From Mobula hypostoma (lineage: Eukaryota): a DNA stretch of 64,000 nucleotides. Below the pieces are notes generated by a model. It was not told the DNA's origin and made no database searches. It saw nothing but the letters and a program-made list of their open reading frames with translations. Location of the stretch: contig NC_086109.1 of assembly GCF_963921235.1 (NCBI RefSeq), forward strand, positions 868,001 through 932,000. Reading direction: 5' to 3'. The translations under genes and the position numbers were made by a program. Below, one piece after another: positions 62,701-64,000 of the stretch (within the stretch, counting starts at the first letter, position 1; the number at the start of each line of letters is the position of its first letter).

Positions 62701-64000
62701 AGTTGAGGAGTTGAAATCGAGGTTGAAGGCCCAGCAATCGTTTTTCACAAAACATGTTGCTCAAAATAAGGCTGCTATTGAAGCATCATTTTGTGTAAGT
62801 CACCTTTTGGCAAAACACAAGAAGCCTTTTACAGATGGCGATTTATTCAAGGAAGCAATGGCCATTACCACAGAGACTATTTTTAATTACTTTAAAAACA
62901 AAAAACGACATCACAACCGCAATACATAATATACCACTTGGCCCTGCAACAGTGACAAGGAAGGTAGAGTCACTGTCAGAGGACGTGGATCAACAAATGT
63001 TAGAGGACTTGTCACTCTGTGAATATTTTTCACTACAGTTCGATGAATCCCTGGATGTAATGCAAACAGCTTAGCTTAGCTTGTATTTGTCAGAATGGCT
63101 TTCTAGGATTTTACAACAAAGGAGGACTTACTCACTCTTTTGCAATTAAAGGAGAGAACGAGCGGTGAGGGTATTTACAATGAGTTAAAAAAAAATGTCT
63201 GTGAAAATGACATCCCCATTCATAAACTGGTGGCAATTACCACTGATGGGGCCCCAGCAATGCGCGATGTGCGCGTTGGTTTTATAGCACTGAAAGTCAG
63301 TGCCCACTTCGAGTCAACTTATCTATGTGAAATTGCATTTTCACAGATGAAAATTATTAAATCTAAGTACAGGAGCTGTTTTACTGACAGATACCTCACA
63401 GACTGGCTGTCTGTAGTTATGAGCCAAATTTCAGGGAACTAGCAGAAAGTATGCAGCCCCAGTCGTCACACTGAGTGCAACAATCAATTTCTATTTGTTT
63501 ATTTTTCGTGTGGAAATAAAATTAAATAATGAAACTTAAAATTAAGGGTGTGAAGTATTGTAATATTCTTAAAGACAGCTATGGCCTGTTTGATATGCTA
63601 GTTACAGTGTTTTCTTATTTGAATTAATTTGAAAGTTTGACAAAAGTATTTTGTGTAATTCAAATACAATTAGCCCAAATAAAAGGCCTCAAATTGGAAG
63701 TACAACCTGAGCTGTTTTTTCTCTAAATGACTTAGGAGGTAGATCTTGCCTTTCACTAAGGTCGAGGTAGGGGATCTTGGGCTAAAAAAGGTTGGTGACC
63801 ACTGCTTTACAGTATGGATTCCCAGTCCATATATGGAAGGTTAAAATCACCTACTATAGCAACCTTGTGTTTTTAGCAACAGTCCGCAATCTGTCTACAA
63901 ATTAGTTCCTCCAAATCACGGGGACTGTTGGGTTGTCTATAATATAACTCAATTAATGTGGTCATACCTTTCTTATTCCTCATTTCCATCCATAAAGCCT
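59705..64000 (-). mobile_element. Decayed CR1 interrupted by a hAT element
   Basis: SQHGFVHGRSCL, FVIYINDLDD, FVDDTKI; the endonuclease region continues at 63805-64000. Confidence 0.85.
62108..63804 (+). mobile_element. hAT (Charlie/SPIN-like, GTF2IRD2-type) DNA transposon with internally deleted transposase
   Basis: Perfect 8-bp TSD ctttacag (62100-62107 / 63805-63812); TIRs tagtggtcgccaacc / ggttggtgaccactg. Transposase relics: BED finger FHPEWEEEFLF..CVCMLC..NLEQHH, FSLQFDESLDV, AITTDGAPAM, FESTYLCEIAFSQMKIIKSKYRS. Confidence 0.95.

Noticed and set aside
62477..63442. Host GTF2IRD2/ZBED-type gene
   Set aside because: Stops, frameshifts, an internal deletion and intact TIR/TSD mark it as a transposon copy

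Overview
Vertebrate genomic DNA, inferred to be cartilaginous fish (shark/ray-like) from its repeat landscape: dense CR1 LINEs, V-SINE/HE1-like SINEs, Penelope and Rex1 elements. Two host genes point away from each other, and neither appears as its true spliced reading in the ORF track. The first is a KIRREL/NEPH1-type Ig adhesion gene on the minus strand, with a signal-peptide exon at 23795-23843 and a first Ig-domain exon at 482-631, separated by a 23-kb intron. The second is the first coding exon of a TOM40-family gene, most like TOMM40L, at 40867-40942 on the plus strand, inside the window's one clear CpG-island promoter. The rest is mostly nested mobile DNA: many CR1 copies (one nearly intact), a decayed Sushi-like Gypsy element, Rex1 and RTE fragments, two hAT/Charlie elements, an ERV env remnant with a PPT and LTR, SINEs, minisatellites and long purine/pyrimidine tracts. 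The most striking signal is Penelope-derived DNA carrying minimal dimer-type hammerhead ribozyme motifs. It includes ~200-230 bp non-coding fold-back insertions with their own 13-15 bp target-site duplications. All calls were made by eye from the sequence; no searches were run and repeat boundaries are approximate.
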